From NCBI GenBank assembly GCA_951406725.2, contig OX597821.1:48918001-48982000 (forward strand): a stretch of 64,000 nt of DNA, given 5' to 3'. This document shows, piece by piece, positions 59,036 to 64,000 of the stretch. A model generated the notes under the pieces. It saw nothing but the letters and a program-made list of their open reading frames with translations. It was not told the DNA's origin and searched no databases. Made by a program: the position numbers and the translations under genes. The stretch comes from Octopus vulgaris. Its lineage: Eukaryota. Within the stretch, counting starts at the first letter, position 1, and each line of letters starts with the position of its first letter.

Positions 59036-61348
59036 GTAACACTTAACTTTATTTCTCTACATGCAACCCACTATCTAAACTGACACACACCGTATTTATA
59101 ATAATTACTTGTCTGTTTATTGAAATATATATATATTACATTAATAATAGGCGCAGGAGTGGCTGTGTGGTAAGTAGCTTACTTACCAACCACATAGTTC
59201 CGGGTTCAGTCCCTCTGCATGGCATCTTGGGCAAATGTCTTCTGCTATAGCCTCGGGCCAACCAAAGCCTTGTGAGTGGATTTGGTAGACAGAAACTGAA
59301 AGAAGCCCGTCGTATATATGTATATATATATATATATATATGTGTATGTGTATGTTTGTGTGTCTGTGTTTGTCCCCCGATGCTGGTGTGTTTACGTCGC
59401 TGTCACTTAGCGGTTCGGCAAAAGAGACCGATAGAATAAGTACTGGGCTTACAAAGAATAAGTCCCGGGGTCGATTTATTCGACTAAAGGCGGTGCTCCA
59501 GCATGGCCGCAGTCAAATGACTGTAACAAGTAAAAGAGTAAAAGAGTAAAAGAGAGAGAGAGTAATACATGATAAAGGCGGCGGCGAGTTGTCAGAATCG
59601 TTAGCACGCCGGACAAACTGTTTAGCAACATTTCGTCCGTCTTTACGTTCTCAGTTCAAATTCCGCCGAGGTCAACTTTGCCTTTCATCCTTTCATAGTC
59701 GATAAAATAAGTACCAGTTGAGTACTGGGGTCAATGTAATCGACTATCCCCGTTCCCCAAATTTCAGCTTTTGTGCCTATAGTAGAGAGGATTAATATAT
59801 ATATCATATATATCATGCGAGCTGGCAGATGGCGGCGAGCTGGCAGATGGCGGCGAGCTGGCAGAATCGTTAGTACACCGGGCGAAATGCTTAGCAATAT
59901 TTCGTCTGCCGCTACATTCTGAGTTCAAATTCCGCCGAGGTCAACTTTGCCTTTCATCCTTTCGGGGTCGATAAATTAAGTACCAGTTACGCACTGGGGT
60001 CAATGTAATCGACTTAATCCGTTTGTTTGTCCTTGTTTGTCCCCTCTGTGTTTAGCCCCTTGTGGGTAGTAAAGAAATATATACATCATACATCTGTCAG
60101 TTACTTAAAAATATCTTACCCATTTATTAAATTTATATATTTGTATCTGTCTGTATGGTGTGTGTGTGTGTGTGTATTACAAAGTCTCACTGACAGTTAA
60201 AAAATGTAAACACATTCTTTCTATGCTACCGAAGGGCAGAGAATGAGGAAGGGAATTTCCCGACGGTCCGTTTCACGGGCTATTGACAGCTCCACAGAGA
60301 ATTACTCGACTTCATACACTCATACAAGCATACAAACACACAAACAAACAAACATACATACATACATACATACATACATACATACATACATACATACATA
60401 CATACATACATACATACATGCATACATACATATTCTCATTTGTACCTATCATCATATGTGCATTGTTATGTGCCAACAATTTTACACAAAAACCTCGAAA
60501 TTTTCGGTTTCCCGAGAAAGAGCAAAATAAACTGACACGGATTCTCCAAATCCAGTCTGCTACTGGCACAGTGAAGATGTGTGAGACATTCCATCTGAGA
60601 TTTTTATTGAAATAGATGCACACACTTGGGTGTATGCCTCAACAATTCAACCACCACACCAACTCAACCACATATTTACAAACACAAGGAACTCTCTTAA
60701 CTCAAAACGTCATGTCGCTTTGTTAGCTACCATCTTGAACTCTCTCAAGAAAAACTCAAAAACTCAAAACGCATTATGTATGCATATATAGGCGCAGTAG
60801 TGGCTGTGTGATAAGAAGCTGCTTACCAACCACATGGTTTCTGGTTCAGTCCCACTGCGTGGCACCTTGTGCAACTGTCTTCTATTATAGCGTCGGGCCG
60901 ACCAAAGACTTGTGAGTGGATTTGGTAAACGGAAACTGAAAGGAGCCCGTCGTATACATATATATGTATGTATATGTTTGTGTGTCTGTGTTTGTCCCCC
61001 AACATCGCTTGATGCGGGTGTGTTTACATCCCCGTAACTTAGCGTTTTAGCAAAAGACCGATAGAATAAGTACTAGGCTTACAAAGAATAAGTCCTGGGG
61101 TCGATTTGTTCGACTAAAGTCAGTGCTCCAGCATGGCCGCAGTTAAATGACAAAAAATAAAAGAATAAAAGAATAATACATATATAGGCGCAGAAGTGGC
61201 TGTGTGGTAGGAAGCTTGTTTCCCAGTCACATGTTTCTAGGTTCAGTTCCACTGTGTGGCACCATGGGCAAGTGTCTTCTACTTTAGCCAAAGGGCGACT
61301 AAAGCCTTGTGAGTGGATTCAGCAGAAGGAAACTGAAAGAAGCCCGTC

Positions 61349-61416
<68 letters not shown>

Positions 61417-61518
61417 AAAGATACAGATAAGGAAATGATTTTATTCTCAAACGCAGTGTGATGCTAATAATATAGCACGAACAGGATAAACTATCCATAT
61501 TTTGCAAAAAAAATCTGT

Positions 61519-61594
61519 TGGTGGCCAGCCATGAGACTCGAACTCACATCTCTGTGATTACGCATCAAGTGCTTTACCATTAAGCTAAACTGAC
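61519..61594 (-). pseudogene. tRNA-like sequence (SINE head or tRNA pseudogene, CGT at the anticodon position)
   Basis: GTCAGTT-TAGCTTAATGGTAAAGC-...-GTGAG-TTCGAGT-CTCAT-GGCTGGC-CACCA. Several G-T pairs and a poor anticodon stem. Confidence 0.5.
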
Positions 61595-61833
61595 ACAACG
61601 ACAAGATTCAGAATTCCATTTTAAATAAGTACAAAACTGCAAAATAAGAATGATTTTACTTGTGCATTCGAAATATTAATTTACGTTATCACTTTTCCTA
61701 CGTAATAATTTTATGGGCACAACTATACAGGAGAAACAGGAATGTCACTGAGGTGGAGAGCAACACTACAGAGGGAACAAATATGCTGGTGTGTGTGTGC
61801 GTACGTGCGTGCGTGTCTACGTGTCTGTAAATG

Positions 61834-61874
<41 letters not shown>

Positions 61875-61879
<5 letters not shown>

Positions 61880-62020
61880 CAAATCAAATAAACGAACATT
61901 AAAAATAATAACAAACAAGAGGACGTGCATATGGAATGTATAAGTTTTTGATGTTTTGAGCTTAGCTTTTCGTCGGAAAGGAAAAAGGAAAAGGGAAAAG
62001 TCCAAAGAAGGAAAAAATCG
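61875..62020 (-). mobile_element. Decayed PLE pLTR fragment (13.2 kb family)
   Basis: TTT-CCGACGA-AAAGC-TAA-GCTC-AAAAC-ATC-AAA at 61947-61979, with the same flanks as the 13.2 kb arms. Confidence 0.6.
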
Positions 62021-62549
62021 ACCTCCCCTGCTTGTTAGAATCGTATTTTTATATACAATTCCACATGTAATTTATTTACCCCAAAAATTAGCAATTATCT
62101 TCCCTGCTTCTAATAATCACTGATTGTCCCCACTCAAATTTATTTATTTACTTCCCACCAGCATAAAATGAGTACAACTAATATGGTAGCACGGAATCCT
62201 TAACACTATCACTAATTGTTCAGTCGACTGTGTAAATATTTTACTTCATAAATATATTTCTCCAACATAATCATTTCAGTGCACTTTTCTTCTCTTTTAC
62301 TAGAGAGAGAGAGAGAGAGAAAGAAAGAGAGAGAGAGCGCGAGACGAGTACCCTTCCTGTTTCCATCTTCTTGGTTTCCCTCACATAGTCTGGTTTATGA
62401 CAGCCGACATACAGAGGACTCGAACCGAGAGCTAAATAGTTGTGAAGCGAACTTGACCACACAGCCATGTCTGTACCCAGCATGGAGACACTGTGTTTTC
62501 CAATATGAACTAATTGTAGGAAGTATTTTGCGTTATTTCTTCCCCACAG

Positions 62550-62703
62550 GTTTTGGTACCACATGTTTGGAAGCAGCATGGGAGAGCTACGTGTTTACCT
62601 GAGAATACGCAGTAGAGATTCTAACATCTTCTCCATTCGTGGAGACCAGGGCAAAGAGTGGCGTGTTGCTGATGTGGTTATTAAATCGACTGTTAACTTC
62701 CAG
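62550..62703 (+). CDS. MAM domain exon 3 (FWYHMFGSSMGELRVY...GDQGKEWRVADV...FQ)
   Basis: ccccacag acceptor and GTAAG donor, phase 2->0. FWYHMxG..G.L.V and G.QG..W motifs. Confidence 0.92.
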
Positions 62704-63698
62704 GTAAGAAAAATCGTTTTCTTTACCAGGGCTGTTGTTGTTTAATCTTAGGTCAGCCCTGGTTGATTAGAGTCGTAATTAGAAATATTACAACTGTAAA
62801 TATTACAGCTTGTGTCCCCACTCTTTTCTTAAGAGAGATATGATTTGAGAGAGATTTGGAGAGCTCCGGTTAAAGAGACATGATAAAAAGTATTTCCATT
62901 AAAGCCATCATGACTGAAATACATTTGTCTTTTTCAAACATAGTGTATCTAGGACTACACTACCTCTTGTGTTCATCTTCCTTCTAAGAGGGTGATGTGG
63001 GGTTTGAAAGTAATTTGGCTGCTATTTCTAGGACAACTAATTAGAGGTTTCTTCGTTTTCTCATTCAGTTCTACATTGTTGCGTAACCCCAAGACAACAC
63101 CTGGTCAACATTTTTTCGATATGATAGATAGAAAACTTTGCTCTGCATTGCCCAAGTCCATCTAAATGTCTAAAATTGAATCAATAACTACCAGATCAAT
63201 AAGAAGCTATTTTTAATATCGATACCTACCAGATCAAAAGGTACGAGATCGGCAGGTGACAGCTCAGTAAGTACCATATCAATTTAGGGATATTACCTAC
63301 GATAGACTAATGTCCTATCGCCGGAAATAATTATCCGTTATTCACATTAAACCCTAAAATCAGAGCTGACCTTCATTGGCTCTCAAGGGATAATTTATGG
63401 GAAAGGAGAAATATAATATTACCTCCCTTCCGCGTACATTCTTTGTCACGTATTTGAAAACACAGTGGAAATGTCATAATTGAATATAAGAAAGATTTTT
63501 ACCTGATGAATCTGAAATAATTAGCCAATGTAAAAGAAGCTGGTACTGAAAAAAGTTTCTCTTGGGATAAAATCAAAACATATCGTCTGATCAGGCCCCG
63601 AAATCCAGTAAAATAAGGTCGTTATATTTTGAAATATTTATCCGGCATGTTTTAGCATCTATAGTCTTTCTACTACATTATATTTTCTTTGTCTCTAG

Positions 63699-63857
63699 AT
63701 TGTCATCGAGGCAATAAGTGGGCCAAGTTTCCGAAGTGACATAGCGATTGATGACATTCTAATAACCACCTGTACAGAAATGCAAGAATACAAGAGACTA
63801 CTGAAGAACACAATCCAAAAATCGATTTCACAACTTACAGGTATAAGTTTTGATTGA
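63699..63857 (+). CDS. MAM domain exon 4, possibly terminal (IVIEAISGPSFRSDIAIDDI...C...QLTGISFD*)
   Basis: gtctctag acceptor, phase 0. IxxE....G.IAIDDI MAM end. Ends either at TGA 63855-57 (AATAAA near 63939) or at a weak donor after 63840. Confidence 0.85.
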   Translation: MVIEAISGPSFRSDIAIDDILITTCTEMQEYKRLLKNTIQKSISQLTGISFD

Positions 63858-64000
63858 TTATTTTGTTTTAATTCGATTCCCCTTTCGAATATAAACATTG
63901 TTTTCTGTTGACATGTTATGAATATGTAACATAATTACAAATAAACTAAATGCAGCGTGCATGCGCGTGTGCGTGGGTGTGAGTATGCGTGCGCAATTTC

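Noticed and set aside
61519-61594. Functional tRNA gene
   Set aside because: Imperfect anticodon stem, many G-T pairs, and attached to a dispersed repeat tail, so treated as a SINE head or pseudogene.

Overview
AT-rich, microsatellite-dense eukaryotic DNA. The SINE, microsatellite and repeat landscape suggests a coleoid cephalopod such as Octopus (inference, not checked). A single intron-rich host gene runs on the + strand. I can join 10 phase-compatible GT-AG exons (10841 to about 63857) encoding a zymogen astacin (M12A) metalloprotease followed by one Sushi/CCP module and one MAM domain. The signal-peptide exon(s) were not found. The introns are packed with transposons: a young 5'-truncated CR1 LINE with an 836-aa ORF, older CR1, Tx1/L1-like and R4/Dong-like LINE pieces, at least 8 Penelope-like element (PLE) copies, a full-length DD37D (maT) Tc1/mariner, mariner, Chapaev3-like and Helitron fragments, a probable solo LTR, MITE-like fold-backs and several tRNA-derived SINE families. 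The most unusual signal is more than 12 type-I hammerhead-ribozyme motifs at PLE termini. Several have a 50-77-nt stem II (with compensatory changes between copies) or U3-A8, A6U or A9C core variants, and one sits in the tail of a tRNA-headed SINE. Most short ORFs in the track are microsatellite artefacts. Repeat boundaries are approximate unless TIRs or splice sites are given.
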